64,000 nucleotides of DNA, taken from the NCBI GenBank assembly GCA_039810425.1, contig JBDHWW010000017.1, positions 1 through 64,000 on the forward strand, given 5' to 3'. Every line of letters begins with the position of its first letter. Position 1 is the first letter of the stretch. Below, piece after piece: positions 15,254 through 25,789 of the stretch. Source of the DNA: Pseudobdellovibrionaceae bacterium (GTDB taxonomy: Bacteria > Bdellovibrionota > Bdellovibrionia > Bdellovibrionales > Bdellovibrionaceae). Below the pieces are notes generated by a model. It was not told the origin of the DNA. It worked only from the letters and a program-made list of their open reading frames with translations, and ran no database searches. Both the position numbers and the translations under genes were made by a program.

Positions 15254-16108
15254 CTACAATACCCCCGTGTTTTCCGCCTCATCTTCCAGTAACTGCCGCC
15301 TTTGGGTTGAGGCACAGATGGCAACACCCCCTAAAATCACGTACCACACGGTCAAAACCCAAATGAGAAAAATTGGTACGGCTGCGAAACTTCCGTAGAT
15401 GCTGCTGATACGGAAAAATTTCACTGTCACCCAGGTAAATGTGTTTTGAACCACCCAAAGGCCCAAGGCCGCGAGCAAAGCCGAAAAGAACGCGGACTTG
15501 GCCTTCACCTTCAAATCCGGCACGTACTTATAGACCAAATACAGCACCAGAATCAGGGTGCTGACTCCCGTTGCCGTGCCCGGCAGGAACTGCTTGCCGA
15601 ACTCCATGCGCACCAGGGTGGTAAAGCCCACATAAATTGCCAAGAAAACAGGCAGGATGATGACCAGGAAAAAGTAAATAAAGAAGCGCTTCAAAAGTGA
15701 CCTGGAGTTGCGCTGATTCCACACGCGGTGAATCCCGAACTCCATATCATGCATCAGACGAAAGCTCGTGAGCACCAAGAATGCCGCCCCAACGACGCCC
15801 AGGCCGCCGGCGTGGATGTTGCGAATCGCGGTCTTAATCACGTGTGTGAAATCAGCCCCGGCTGCTTCTTTGAAATAAAGCAGTAACAAATTTTCCACGC
15901 GCGTATACAAAATGTCATCGCCGCCGAGGAATTTAAAGGTCGCGAGGATGACTGAAAGAAACGGGACCACTGATAACATGGTTGAGAATGACAAACTCGC
16001 GGCCACCAGTTGGATTTCTCCATCGCGCAGTTGATACACCAAATCCTTCCCCATGTATAACAGGCGGCGGAAGTACATGCGCGAAAGTGTGCGAAATTTC
16101 ATCATCAT
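15254..16108 (-). CDS. YihY/BrkB family membrane protein
   Basis: AASLSFSTMLSVVPFL and IYGSFAAVPIFLIW motifs; start codon uncertain. Confidence 0.9.
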   Translation of the reverse strand: MMMKFRTLSRMYFRRLLYMGKDLVYQLRDGEIQLVAASLSFSTMLSVVPFLSVILATFKFLGGDDILYTRVENLLLLYFKEAAGADFTHVIKTAIRNIHAGGLGVVGAAFLVLTSFRLMHDMEFGIHRVWNQRNSRSLLKRFFIYFFLVIILPVFLAIYVGFTTLVRMEFGKQFLPGTATGVSTLILVLYLVYKYVPDLKVKAKSAFFSALLAALGLWVVQNTFTWVTVKFFRISSIYGSFAAVPIFLIWVLTVWYVILGGVAICASTQRRQLLEDEAENTGVL

Positions 16109-16109
16109 T

Positions 16110-17000
16110 CTATAACCAATAGCGCTCCCTGACTGCGAAGTCAGGACCCTTTTTTTCAATCAGTGCGGAATCACAGTACGGATCGTGTTCGAAGAACAAG
16201 TACCAGCTGTGGTCCGCGGCCTCGGACAGGTACTTTTGTTTTTCTTCCATCAGCACCAGCGGATGTAGATCATAACCCATAAGCCACGGTATTTTCACAT
16301 GCGTGCTGGTTGGGACAACGTCGCCGCAATATAATAATGTGGTTTTACCGTCGCTCACTTTCACCATCTGCTGGCCTTGCGTGTGGCCATTCGAGATTAA
16401 GGTTGAAATTCCCGGGAGAAGATTTTCCACCGGGCCTTCCAGCGCCACGAGTTGGTTGCTGTCAATCAATGGTTGAAAGTTCGCCGGGTAGTAACTCGCG
16501 CGTTCTCTCAAGTTGGGCGTGCTGGCGGTCTCAAGGTTCGCCTTTTGAACGTAGTACTTGGCCTTCGGAAAAGCCGGCACGAGTTTATGATCACGCTCTA
16601 TGGTTGCGCCACCGGCATGGTCAAAGTGCAAGTGAGTCAGAATCACATGATCGACGTCCTCGGGACTAAGACCATGTGCCTTGAGTGATTTCAGCAAACT
16701 AGGGCCATGGTCATCTATGTTATACATTTCTGCGAATTTGGGCCCGAGCTTATCACCGTACTTGGTAACAAAGTCGCCGCCGTTACCGGTATCAATCAGA
16801 ATATTGCAGCCACGGGATTTTAAAAGCAAACCGCGGGCTTCCATCTGAATACGGTTTTTGTCATCAGGCGGGTTGGTTTTTTCCCAGAGAACTTTCGGGA
16901 CTGTCCCGAACATGGCGCCACCATCGAGTCCGAAGATTCCAGTTGGAATCGGGCAGACTTCATAGGCGCCGATTTTAAGCTTCAAATGTTGGGTCGTCAT
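16110..17000 (-). CDS. MBL-fold metallo-hydrolase
   Basis: LDGGAMFG, THLHFDHAG, GHT and FEHD motifs. Confidence 0.9.
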   Translation of the reverse strand: MTTQHLKLKIGAYEVCPIPTGIFGLDGGAMFGTVPKVLWEKTNPPDDKNRIQMEARGLLLKSRGCNILIDTGNGGDFVTKYGDKLGPKFAEMYNIDDHGPSLLKSLKAHGLSPEDVDHVILTHLHFDHAGGATIERDHKLVPAFPKAKYYVQKANLETASTPNLRERASYYPANFQPLIDSNQLVALEGPVENLLPGISTLISNGHTQGQQMVKVSDGKTTLLYCGDVVPTSTHVKIPWLMGYDLHPLVLMEEKQKYLSEAADHSWYLFFEHDPYCDSALIEKKGPDFAVRERYWL

Positions 17001-17757
17001 GGCTTTCCTCCCCCGGAGCTGGCTCATCGCTCGCCGCCGGAAATGCATCAGGATTGATCGTTATCACCCAGGCTTTGTAAGCCGCAAACACGGTCTTGAT
17101 GTCCGCCGGAGGATGAACGGGTCCTACATGGATCACTAGCTTACCAGGCTTTGGCAGCAAATTCCCCTTCGGCCACAAATCCGCATTGCCTTCGAGGTAC
17201 AAAAACAAAATGGGCGTCTTCGTGCGCTCGGCAAAGATGCTGATGCCGCGTTTAAACTCCTGTATCTTGCCCGTTTTTGATCTTGTGCCTTCAGGGAAGA
17301 TGATCAGCCACATGCGCGGAAGCTCGTTCAGGAGCTTGATAATGAGGTTAATGGCCTCGCCACGGCGGTCTTTGCGGTCAATCGGAATGGCGCCTAAACA
17401 GTGCTTCGAGAAAAACGTGAAAAGAGGGTTCGTGAAAAAGTAATCCTTCGCCGCTGCGATGTACAGGTCCAGCCAATAGCGGCGTGGGATGGAGGCCGCA
17501 ACCGAAACCGCATCCAAATGACTCGCGTGATTTGAAATCACAATGAGGCGGGGATTGTCTTTGTAGATCTGCGCGAAGTTGCCACCGGTGACTTTGAGCC
17601 GGATGTAAAACTTAAACGCGACATCTTTCAGGAAAATACTCCAAACATAACGCCAGAAAGCGCTAAATAAATCGATATGTCTGGTGAAAAGCGGCAAGTG
17701 CTTTAAGTAAGTCGGCAGCTTCGTCCACTGTTCGTTTTCGTACTTCCAATCCTTCAT
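16975..17757 (-). CDS. Lysophospholipid acyltransferase (PlsC family)
   Basis: NHASHLD and FPEGTRS motifs. Confidence 0.92.
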   Translation of the reverse strand: MKDWKYENEQWTKLPTYLKHLPLFTRHIDLFSAFWRYVWSIFLKDVAFKFYIRLKVTGGNFAQIYKDNPRLIVISNHASHLDAVSVAASIPRRYWLDLYIAAAKDYFFTNPLFTFFSKHCLGAIPIDRKDRRGEAINLIIKLLNELPRMWLIIFPEGTRSKTGKIQEFKRGISIFAERTKTPILFLYLEGNADLWPKGNLLPKPGKLVIHVGPVHPPADIKTVFAAYKAWVITINPDAFPAASDEPAPGEESHDDPTFEA

Positions 17758-18674
17758 AGTGAAATATCCGGCAATGCAAGCATCACGTAGAAGTAAATCG
17801 GCGCCACAAAGATCAATCTATCCATACGTGACAAGAAGTCGCCCCGGCCGATAATGAATGGCCCAACGATTTTCACTCCCGCATCCTTTCTGATCACATT
17901 CATCACGAGGTCGCCGATAAAGCCACCTAAGCTGGCAATCAAACCCGCCGTCAGCCAGTACTTGTCGGAACGGTCTGGGAGCAAGAATCTCATGGCGCCC
18001 GCCAAGAATAGCGTTAGTAGAATGGAAATCCCCAAGCCCCCCATGGTGCGGCGCGGATTGAGTTTCGGAAAGAGTTTGAATTTTCCAAAGTAGCGGCCCA
18101 GTGCCAAGTTTGTGTTATCGCAAAACTCAGTCAGGATGATCAGATAAATCACCTGATAGATGCCGTTCTCAAGATGCATGATCAAACCCAAGTGCATAAA
18201 CGACCAGCCAAGGAAGATAAACCCCAAAAGCGTGAGTGAAATGTATTGAATCATACGCTTATAGTTATTTCTAAACATCGGCACTAGGCACGAAATCCCA
18301 AGCACCGCCATTGGCACAACGTTATAAATATCCACGCGATTAAAGTACGCGCATGCGCCAAGGGCCACGATCCCCCCGTAGCAAATTAGCACGAAATAGC
18401 TGCGGTGGAACATTCCCATGAGCTGAAAGAAAACTTTCGCGCCCATAATCGCGATGGTTGTGAGTACGAGCAATGGCAAAGGGTCCGGAAGGCCCATGAG
18501 TATGAACAACACCGGAGCGACGATGAGCCAACTCTTGATGCTCGCCCAACTGGAAGTGAAGTAGTAGTTCTGCTGTCTTAGGAAGTACACGATCAGGCCC
18601 GAGCCGAAGATGATACTCAAGACGATGATCACTGTTTGCTGATAGACGGGGCTGGACCAAGAGGTTCCGATCAT
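17754..18674 (-). CDS. Phosphatidate cytidylyltransferase family protein
   Basis: Multi-TM; GDLVMNVIRKDAGVK...GRGDFLSRMD; coupled to the acyltransferase gene. Confidence 0.85.
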   Translation of the reverse strand: MIGTSWSSPVYQQTVIIVLSIIFGSGLIVYFLRQQNYYFTSSWASIKSWLIVAPVLFILMGLPDPLPLLVLTTIAIMGAKVFFQLMGMFHRSYFVLICYGGIVALGACAYFNRVDIYNVVPMAVLGISCLVPMFRNNYKRMIQYISLTLLGFIFLGWSFMHLGLIMHLENGIYQVIYLIILTEFCDNTNLALGRYFGKFKLFPKLNPRRTMGGLGISILLTLFLAGAMRFLLPDRSDKYWLTAGLIASLGGFIGDLVMNVIRKDAGVKIVGPFIIGRGDFLSRMDRLIFVAPIYFYVMLALPDISL

Positions 18675-20035
18675 AATGCGTCCTCATCAATGCTGTAGTC
18701 TTTGATTTTTTTATAGAGGTTTGAACGTGAAACTTTGAAGACCTTCGAAGCCTCTTCGACATCTTTGTGTGCTTTCAAGCAGGCGCGGATAAGATTGGCT
18801 TCAAATTCTTCAACCAGGAGGTTCAACCCTTTAGAGAAGTCGATGTCTTTAAAGGCGGGGTTGAGGTATCCCGTTTTGGTTTTCGCCGCGCTTGGGTTCA
18901 ACAGATTCTCGACGTCTTCTTCACGGATAAATGGCAATGGCGAAACCAGGCTGATCTGCTCACACACGCGCTTGAGTTCGCGCACGTTGCCCGGCCAGTT
19001 GTAATTTTCAAGCGCTTTCAAGCCGTCAGCAGTGAATTGCTTGTTGCGCTTCGGGCGCTCCATATCAAGGAAGTTTCTGGCAAGTTCCGCGATATCTTCT
19101 TTGCGCTCTCTTAGGGGCGGTAGCTCAATACGCTGGCTTGAAAGGCGGAAGTAAAGGTCTTCGCGGAATTTACCTTCAGCCACCAATTTTTTGAGCGGCT
19201 GATTGCTTGCAACGATCACGCGGGCTTGCACGTGAGTCACGTCTTTGGCGCCAACTTTGCGTACTTCGCCGGACTCTAGGAAGCGAAGCAGCTTCACTTG
19301 TTGATTCAGCGGCAGCGCTTCGATCTCATCCAGAAACAGATCACCACCGTGAGCGGCTTCCGCAAGACCGACTTTGTTTTGATCCGCGCCGGTGAAAGCG
19401 CCTTTCACGTGACCGAAGACCTCTGATTCAAAAAGATTTTCTGGAATACTTGAAATATTGACGGCGATGAACGGACGCTCGTCTTCTTGCTGATTGAGCA
19501 GCCGGGCCGCGACTTCTTTGCCGCAACCGGTTTCGCCTTCAATCAAAATTGTGTTGGTTTCGCCTTTAAGGCCGGCGATGCGCTTTCTAATTTTTTGCGC
19601 CTCGGCGCTGACGCCAACCCACACGATGTTCTTACCTGCGGTATCGAGATTGCGGATGCTCCAGTAAGCTTCGATTTTATCCAGCACTAGCTTGACCTCC
19701 TCAGTAAGAAGAGGCTTTGCAAGGAACCTCTGCGCGCCCGCTTTCAGGCATTGCTCCATGGTCTCGCGGTTGAGGTCTCCGGACATCGCCACGATTTCGA
19801 GCTGGGCATTGTGCTTCATCAGCTTTTCGATGACTTGAATACCTTCAGGTTTGTTGCTTCCCGGGGTCAGATGCATGTCGACCATGGCCGCGTGGAAGAA
19901 GTTTGTGTACGGAACGAGTTCTTTTTTCGACACGGAAGTAATCTTCCACGGCACGGGAACGCACAGTTTCAGAGCCTGGTGAATTAAGGAATCATCATCA
20001 ACGACCAATAGATGAAATACTCTAGTGCTTTTCAT
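18671..20035 (-). CDS. Sigma-54-dependent response regulator (NtrC family)
   Basis: Receiver domain, GETGCGKE, GAFTGA, WPGNVREL, C-terminal HTH. Confidence 0.95.
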   Translation of the reverse strand: MKSTRVFHLLVVDDDSLIHQALKLCVPVPWKITSVSKKELVPYTNFFHAAMVDMHLTPGSNKPEGIQVIEKLMKHNAQLEIVAMSGDLNRETMEQCLKAGAQRFLAKPLLTEEVKLVLDKIEAYWSIRNLDTAGKNIVWVGVSAEAQKIRKRIAGLKGETNTILIEGETGCGKEVAARLLNQQEDERPFIAVNISSIPENLFESEVFGHVKGAFTGADQNKVGLAEAAHGGDLFLDEIEALPLNQQVKLLRFLESGEVRKVGAKDVTHVQARVIVASNQPLKKLVAEGKFREDLYFRLSSQRIELPPLRERKEDIAELARNFLDMERPKRNKQFTADGLKALENYNWPGNVRELKRVCEQISLVSPLPFIREEDVENLLNPSAAKTKTGYLNPAFKDIDFSKGLNLLVEEFEANLIRACLKAHKDVEEASKVFKVSRSNLYKKIKDYSIDEDAL

Positions 20036-20104
20036 TCTGAAAGCATCTCTTTCAAACAGAGATTTGGCTACCTTTTTTGCAAGACGTTATGGTAGGACCC
20101 TCGT

Positions 20105-21106
20105 ATGAAAACAATTTACCTTCTGATCAGTCTTCTTTTTTGTTCTGTGACTAGTTTGGCGACGTCCGCGAAGGAGCGCCAAAGCACCTTCGTTAAGCTC
20201 GATGACGGTATCGAGAGATATATTGAGTACGTAGAACCTCAAAAGGGAAAGCCTTGGATTGTTTTCACAAACGGTCTAGTGTACGAAATCGAGCGTTGGG
20301 GCGATCTTGATAAGAAACTCATCGCTCAAGGCTATGGCATCTTCCACTACTATTTCCGCGGACAAGATTTGACTCTGGCCCGAGAGGTCGAGCACTCTTC
20401 TCAGCCGCCGGCATTTTTTAAAACAGGTCTTGGGCGCAACGACTTTGCCGAGGAGTTGCACAGACTGCTCGGCAAAATGGGGATCAACGACAAGGTGATC
20501 GTCGTAGGTCTCTCCTATGGCGCGCACATCGCGGCGACCTTCGCTGAGCAGTATCCGGCAAGTGTTGAAGAAGTCGTTTTTATGGCGCCGCTGGTGGTGC
20601 CGCTCGAGAAATACCAGCCACAAGGGCAGTGGCTTGATTGGAATCTGATGTGGGTGAAGATGATGTGGGGGCCATATTTTTATGAGTATGCCTATCGCCA
20701 AATCTATGGCACCTACTTGCGTGATCGCGTGACTGAAGACCGCGTGCCTGAGCATTTGGCGGCGATTCCTGATACCTACCGCGAGAGTTTGTACTTCCTC
20801 GTCCGGGCGGTTCGTGACTTTGATTTGAAGGCCTATAAATTTAGCAAGCTTGCGCCGAATTCAGTTCATTACTTCGTGGCCAAAGAGGACGATAAAAGGG
20901 TGTTTGCGGATCAAATTGCGGCCTTTGACGGGACCGATTCCCGCTCTCGAGGCAGCCTTATTTGGCTCCCGGATTCCGCTCACGCAATCCCGGACAGTGC
21001 GCCGAGCGAAGCGGCTTCCTATTTGCGCTTTTTGATTGAGCGTGATCCTCGACTTGAGCAGGGGAAGAAATATAAAAACACTTCCGGAGGCCTTAAGGCC
21101 TGGTAA
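20105..21106 (+). CDS. Secreted alpha/beta hydrolase
   Basis: Signal peptide; GLSYG nucleophile elbow; C-terminal His. Confidence 0.85.
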   Translation: MKTIYLLISLLFCSVTSLATSAKERQSTFVKLDDGIERYIEYVEPQKGKPWIVFTNGLVYEIERWGDLDKKLIAQGYGIFHYYFRGQDLTLAREVEHSSQPPAFFKTGLGRNDFAEELHRLLGKMGINDKVIVVGLSYGAHIAATFAEQYPASVEEVVFMAPLVVPLEKYQPQGQWLDWNLMWVKMMWGPYFYEYAYRQIYGTYLRDRVTEDRVPEHLAAIPDTYRESLYFLVRAVRDFDLKAYKFSKLAPNSVHYFVAKEDDKRVFADQIAAFDGTDSRSRGSLIWLPDSAHAIPDSAPSEAASYLRFLIERDPRLEQGKKYKNTSGGLKAW

Positions 21107-21149
21107 AACCCCGGAAATCGAGTAGACTTTTTAGCTAGGAGTCTACTCT

Positions 21150-22361
21150 ATGAGCTCAAATTCTTTGAAAATCCTGTTAGTCGAAAATATTCATCAAGTC
21201 GCCAAAGAACGATTGGAAGAAGAGGGCTTCAAAGTAGATTTGATCTCCTATGCCCCTTCGGAAGAAGAGCTGCTGAAGGTCTTGCCCGGTTACCAAGTTC
21301 TGGGCATTCGCTCAAAGACGGAGCTCACCGCCAAAGTTTTAGAAAAGAGCCCGCATCTTTTCACGATCGGGGCCTTTTGCATCGGGACCAACCAAGTAGA
21401 CCTGAAAGCCGCTCGCAAAGAGGGCATTCCTGTTTTCAACGCGCCTCACTCCAACACGCGAAGCGTGGCCGAGCTTGTGATTGCGGAAATGATCGCGCTG
21501 TCTCGTCAGCTTGGCGATCGAAACACGCTCGCACATCGCGGGGAGTGGATGAAGAGTGCCGAAGGCTCGCGCGAAGTGCGTGGTAAAACTTTGGGCATTG
21601 TTGGATACGGCCACATCGGAAGCCAAGTCAGTATCCTGGCGGAGGACTTGGGGATGCGAGTTTTTTTCTACGATGTCGTAAAGAAGCTTCCGCTCGGAAA
21701 TGCACAGGCGAAATCTTCCTTGGATGAACTTTTAAAAGTTTCTGATTTTGTCAGCCTGCATGTTCCTGAGACTCCGCAAACCAAAGACATGATGGGGGCA
21801 AAACAATTCAAGCACATGAAAAAGGGTGCGCACTTCATCAACGCCAGCCGTGGAACTGTGGTTGTGATCGAGGATCTTGTTGAGGCTCTGAAATCAAAAC
21901 ACATCGCAGGTTGCGCGATTGACGTCTTCCCTGAGGAACCGGCGTCAAACAAAGTGAAATTCGTGACACCATTGCAGAACTTACCGAATGTGATCCTCAC
22001 TCCCCATATCGGAGGGAGCACGGAGGAAGCACAGTTTGCGATTGGCATCGAGGTGGCTGAAAGCTTTCGGCGTTATTTAAAGATCGGTTCAAGCTCGGGT
22101 GCCGTGAATTTCCCGAACGTGGATTTACCGGTAAAACAAGGAACGTCGAGAATTTTAAACGTGCATCGCAACGAACCCGGTGTTCTCGGAGAAATCAACG
22201 GCATCATTTCGCGCGAAGGCGCGAACATTGAAGCCCAGTACCTTTCCACCGATGACAAGATCGGTTACATGGTCATGGATCTAAGTTCGCCACACGCTCA
22301 ACAACTCGCGGACGATATTCAGAAATTGAGCCGCAGCATCCGCACGCGCGTCGTTTACTGA
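21150..22361 (+). CDS. serA: D-3-phosphoglycerate dehydrogenase
   Basis: FCIGTNQVDL, NTRSVAE, GYGHIG, TPHIGGSTEEAQ, C-terminal ACT domain. Confidence 0.95.
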   Translation: MSSNSLKILLVENIHQVAKERLEEEGFKVDLISYAPSEEELLKVLPGYQVLGIRSKTELTAKVLEKSPHLFTIGAFCIGTNQVDLKAARKEGIPVFNAPHSNTRSVAELVIAEMIALSRQLGDRNTLAHRGEWMKSAEGSREVRGKTLGIVGYGHIGSQVSILAEDLGMRVFFYDVVKKLPLGNAQAKSSLDELLKVSDFVSLHVPETPQTKDMMGAKQFKHMKKGAHFINASRGTVVVIEDLVEALKSKHIAGCAIDVFPEEPASNKVKFVTPLQNLPNVILTPHIGGSTEEAQFAIGIEVAESFRRYLKIGSSSGAVNFPNVDLPVKQGTSRILNVHRNEPGVLGEINGIISREGANIEAQYLSTDDKIGYMVMDLSSPHAQQLADDIQKLSRSIRTRVVY

Positions 22362-22468
22362 TTTTCGACATATTTGGTGTTTCTCACGAGTTATTCATGC
22401 AACCTTCAAAAAGCACTTTTAACATGGTGTCAGAATCCAACTGTGAGATTTGATTGGGAGGTTTCACC

Positions 22469-23047
22469 ATGGCAAAAAAACTCAGCGGCAAGAAAATCGC
22501 GATTCTTTCGACGGACGGTTTTGACCAATCAGAGCTTTTTGAACCAAGAAAAGCGCTAATGGAAGCGGGAGCAGAGGTCATGGTCGTCAGTCCGCACAGT
22601 GGTGAAATCAAGGGCTGGCACGAGGGCAACTGGGGAAAGGCCCTCACGGCTGATGCCCTTGTGAGCGAATCCGACGGTGACCAGTTTGATGCCCTGCTGA
22701 TTCCAGGCGGGCTCATGAATGCTGACAAACTTCGCTGCAACGAAAATGCCATTGAATTCATCGAGGGCTTTTTTCATAACGCCAAGCCCGTCGCGGCCAT
22801 CTGTCATGCACCGGCCGTATTGATTGAAACAGGGCTTGTTGCCGGTAAAACCCTGACCTCGTGTCGCGCCATTAAGACGGATCTTTTGAATGCGGGAGCC
22901 ACATGGGTCGATAAAGAAGTCGTCTCAGATCAGGGCTTGGTCACAAGCCGCAAACCCGCCGACCTTCCGGCTTTTAACCGCAAAATGATCGAGGTTTTCG
23001 CGGAAGGCATTCCGGATATTCACCCGCAGCGCCCACTGAGTCACTAG
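22469..23047 (+). CDS. PfpI/DJ-1 family protein
   Basis: DALLIPGG, AAICHAP, LVTSRKPADL. Confidence 0.92.
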   Translation: MAKKLSGKKIAILSTDGFDQSELFEPRKALMEAGAEVMVVSPHSGEIKGWHEGNWGKALTADALVSESDGDQFDALLIPGGLMNADKLRCNENAIEFIEGFFHNAKPVAAICHAPAVLIETGLVAGKTLTSCRAIKTDLLNAGATWVDKEVVSDQGLVTSRKPADLPAFNRKMIEVFAEGIPDIHPQRPLSH

Positions 23048-23736
23048 TAGTTATAGTCAATGAGAGTTTTAAAATACGCTGGAACCGGCGCGGTGAAGCG
23101 CATGCGTTTCTTGTTAAACGGATGGGTGAATTCTAAGACTGTCGAGTGTAGGCGCAGATCTTTGTGCTTGTCGGTAGCTTTGCCATACTTGGTATCGCCC
23201 ACGATGGGATGACCTTCGCCGGCAAGGTGAACACGGATCTGGTTTTTCTTTCCAGTAAGCAGATTGATTTTTAAAAGACTGAATTGTTCGCTCTCTTTGA
23301 GAACTTCGTATTCTGTGATAGCCAGCTGACCCTTGTCGCTGTCTTTGCTGGAGTGAACCACATAGTTTTCGTCTTCTGCGAGATAGCTTTCAATCGTGCC
23401 ACTCCGTTTTGGCATTTTACCGTGAACGATGGCGTAGTAGTTCTTAATCGTCGATTTCCAGTTATCTTTCAGAAAGTGCATGACCTCTTCGGTCTTTGCA
23501 AACACCAACACACCCGACGTTGCTTGATCCAAGCGGTGAACCACGTATACGGACTTCGTCGCTCGGGGGTTGCCCTTGCGCACGTACTGGTTCAGCGCGC
23601 TGTGAATGGTCTCATCGCGATTCCATTTCGCAGCCACGGTCAAGGCTCCTGGAGCCTTGTTTCCCACGATCAGATCGATATCTTCGTGGATAATATTGAA
23701 CCCGCGCGGTTGGTATTTTTTAGGAACTTTCTTCAT
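23044..23736 (-). CDS. RluA-family pseudouridine synthase
   Basis: VHRLDQATSG, TGKKNQIRVH, HPIVGD. Confidence 0.93.
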   Translation of the reverse strand: MKKVPKKYQPRGFNIIHEDIDLIVGNKAPGALTVAAKWNRDETIHSALNQYVRKGNPRATKSVYVVHRLDQATSGVLVFAKTEEVMHFLKDNWKSTIKNYYAIVHGKMPKRSGTIESYLAEDENYVVHSSKDSDKGQLAITEYEVLKESEQFSLLKINLLTGKKNQIRVHLAGEGHPIVGDTKYGKATDKHKDLRLHSTVLEFTHPFNKKRMRFTAPVPAYFKTLIDYNY

Positions 23737-23794
23737 TCAAGGTTTTTCCGTCCTTTGCGAGCCTGCGGGCTTCTTTAAAAAGCGAGACGACCGT

Positions 23795-25243
23795 TTAGAG
23801 ATCGATCACTTTTCCAGGGTTCATGATGTTGTCCGGATCAAAGACCTTCTTGATCCCCTTCATCATTTCGATTTCAGCCTGTGAGCGGGTAAAGCGCAAG
23901 AACGGCTTCTTCGTCAAGCCCACGCCGTGTTCCGCCGAGACCGAACCTTTGTGCTTCATGATGGCTTCAAACACAAGGATGTCCACTTTGCGACACTCTT
24001 TAACGAAGTCTTCCTTAGTTAAACCTTCAGGGCGCAGGATATTGATATGCAAATTGCCGTCTCCGATGTGGCCGAACCAAACGACTTCCCAGGTTGGGTA
24101 AGACTTCGACAAAATACCATCAAGCTCGTTCATGAAAGCAGGAACTTGTGAAATCGCCACGGAAATATCGTTCTTATAAGGAGAGAATTTCGCGAGCGAC
24201 TCACTGATGTCTTCACGGAGCCGCCAGAAATTTGCCGCCTGAGTTTCAGACTGGCTAATGACACCGTCAGCAACCCAACCTTCAAGCAAGCACTTCTCGA
24301 AAACGTCGAGAGCTTGTGCTTCGTCTTGTTCAGCGCGGGCCTCGGCTTCCACCAAAACATAAAACGGAGTCTCCGTCTCAAACGGGCGCGGGAGGCCGGT
24401 GTTTTCCATCACGCGCTTCAACGCTTTATCCGAGAACATTTCAAAAGCCACAACTGTGGTCTTTGTTTTAAACTGTGCAAAGATCTTCATCACGGCATCG
24501 AGGCTTGGCACACCGAGCACCATCACTTTAAGTGGAGGCGGCGGAGGAGCGAAACGGATCGTACACTCCGTCACAAAACCCAGCATCCCTTCGCTGCCAA
24601 TGAACAGATGGCGAAGATCCAAGCCTGTCGCATTTTTTACCAGGCCGTTATTAAGCTCCAAAATATCCCCGGTGCCGGTTACAACTTTCAAGCCTGCGAT
24701 CCATTCACGGGTCAGGCCATAGCGCAGAACTTTAATCCCGCCGGCATTGGTTGCGATGTTACCGCCGATCTGAGAAGACCCTGCCGCTGCGAAGTCGACC
24801 GGATAGTAAAGATTTTTAGAAACTGCAAACTGTTGCAAGGCCTCCGTCACCACGCCAGCTTGACAGACCACGGTTTGGTCCGCGGCATTGAAGCCTTTGA
24901 TCTGATTCATTTGCTCGAAAGAAACCACCACTTCGCCTTTGGTCGCAACGGCCGCGCCGCTAAGACCCGTGCGGCCGCCGGAAGGAACGAGAGCGATTTT
25001 GTGCTTGCGGGCCCACCGCACGATTTTAGCCACCTCGTCAGTCGCGCGAGGAAACAGAATCGCGGAAGCGTTGATATCGAAGTACGTTGTCCAGTCCTTG
25101 CCGTAGTATTTGAGAGAGTCGGAATCCGTTTTAATCTGATCTGCGGGTAAAAGAGTCGAAAGCTCTGGAAGCAGGCTCGCTGGTTGATTCATCTTAGGGA
25201 AATCCTTTCCGCGTGGATGGGGTCTTTTATGATTGTTCCTCAA
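23795..25243 (-). CDS. FAD-linked oxidase, D-2-hydroxyacid dehydrogenase (D2HGDH/GlcD-like)
   Basis: PSGGRTGLSG, GHIGDGNLH, SAEHGVG, DPDNIMNPGK; true start may be near 25192. Confidence 0.9.
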   Translation of the reverse strand: MRNNHKRPHPRGKDFPKMNQPASLLPELSTLLPADQIKTDSDSLKYYGKDWTTYFDINASAILFPRATDEVAKIVRWARKHKIALVPSGGRTGLSGAAVATKGEVVVSFEQMNQIKGFNAADQTVVCQAGVVTEALQQFAVSKNLYYPVDFAAAGSSQIGGNIATNAGGIKVLRYGLTREWIAGLKVVTGTGDILELNNGLVKNATGLDLRHLFIGSEGMLGFVTECTIRFAPPPPPLKVMVLGVPSLDAVMKIFAQFKTKTTVVAFEMFSDKALKRVMENTGLPRPFETETPFYVLVEAEARAEQDEAQALDVFEKCLLEGWVADGVISQSETQAANFWRLREDISESLAKFSPYKNDISVAISQVPAFMNELDGILSKSYPTWEVVWFGHIGDGNLHINILRPEGLTKEDFVKECRKVDILVFEAIMKHKGSVSAEHGVGLTKKPFLRFTRSQAEIEMMKGIKKVFDPDNIMNPGKVIDL

Positions 25244-25451
25244 AAGGATTGATTCGGGGAGCTCTTTTTTCTTCGCGCAGGGTGCGAATTTTCAGAGTCG
25301 CGTAGAGCGGGCAGAAGCCCCAGGCAGCGGCGAAGATAAAATACACGCCGCCGAACGCCCAAATAGGACCGCCCGCAATGGCGTAGGTGAAAAGCACCAC
25401 ACCAATAAAAAAGCGGATAATGCGGTCCCAAAGGGCGACATTACATCTCAT
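25227..25451 (-). CDS. DUF2892/YgaP-like small membrane protein
   Basis: NV..WDRIIR...GFCPLY pattern. Confidence 0.8.
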   Translation of the reverse strand: MRCNVALWDRIIRFFIGVVLFTYAIAGGPIWAFGGVYFIFAAAWGFCPLYATLKIRTLREEKRAPRINPFEEQS

Positions 25452-25759
25452 TAGTTTTTCAACATCTCTTGAAGTTCGCCGTTTTGATACATTTCCATCA
25501 TGATATCGCTGCCACCCACCAGTTGCTTGTTGATATAAAGTTGCGGGATCGTCGGCCAGTTGCCGTAGTCTTTGATGCCTTGACGGATTTCTTCGTCTTC
25601 AAGCACGTTCACATCGTGGAATTGCACGCCGATGTCTTGCAAGATAGCGCATGCGCGAGAAGAGAAGCCGCACATCGGGAAGCTTTGAGTGCCTTTCATG
25701 AAAAGCACGATCTTGTTATCATTCAAAAGTTTTTCAATACGTTCATGAGTCGTAGACAT
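25451..25759 (-). CDS. grxD: Monothiol glutaredoxin (Grx4)
   Basis: LFMKG...PMCGFS and WPTIPQLY. Confidence 0.95.
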   Translation of the reverse strand: MSTTHERIEKLLNDNKIVLFMKGTQSFPMCGFSSRACAILQDIGVQFHDVNVLEDEEIRQGIKDYGNWPTIPQLYINKQLVGGSDIMMEMYQNGELQEMLKN

Positions 25760-25789
25760 TGAGGTTCCTCCGAGCTTTCAGCTCACTGA

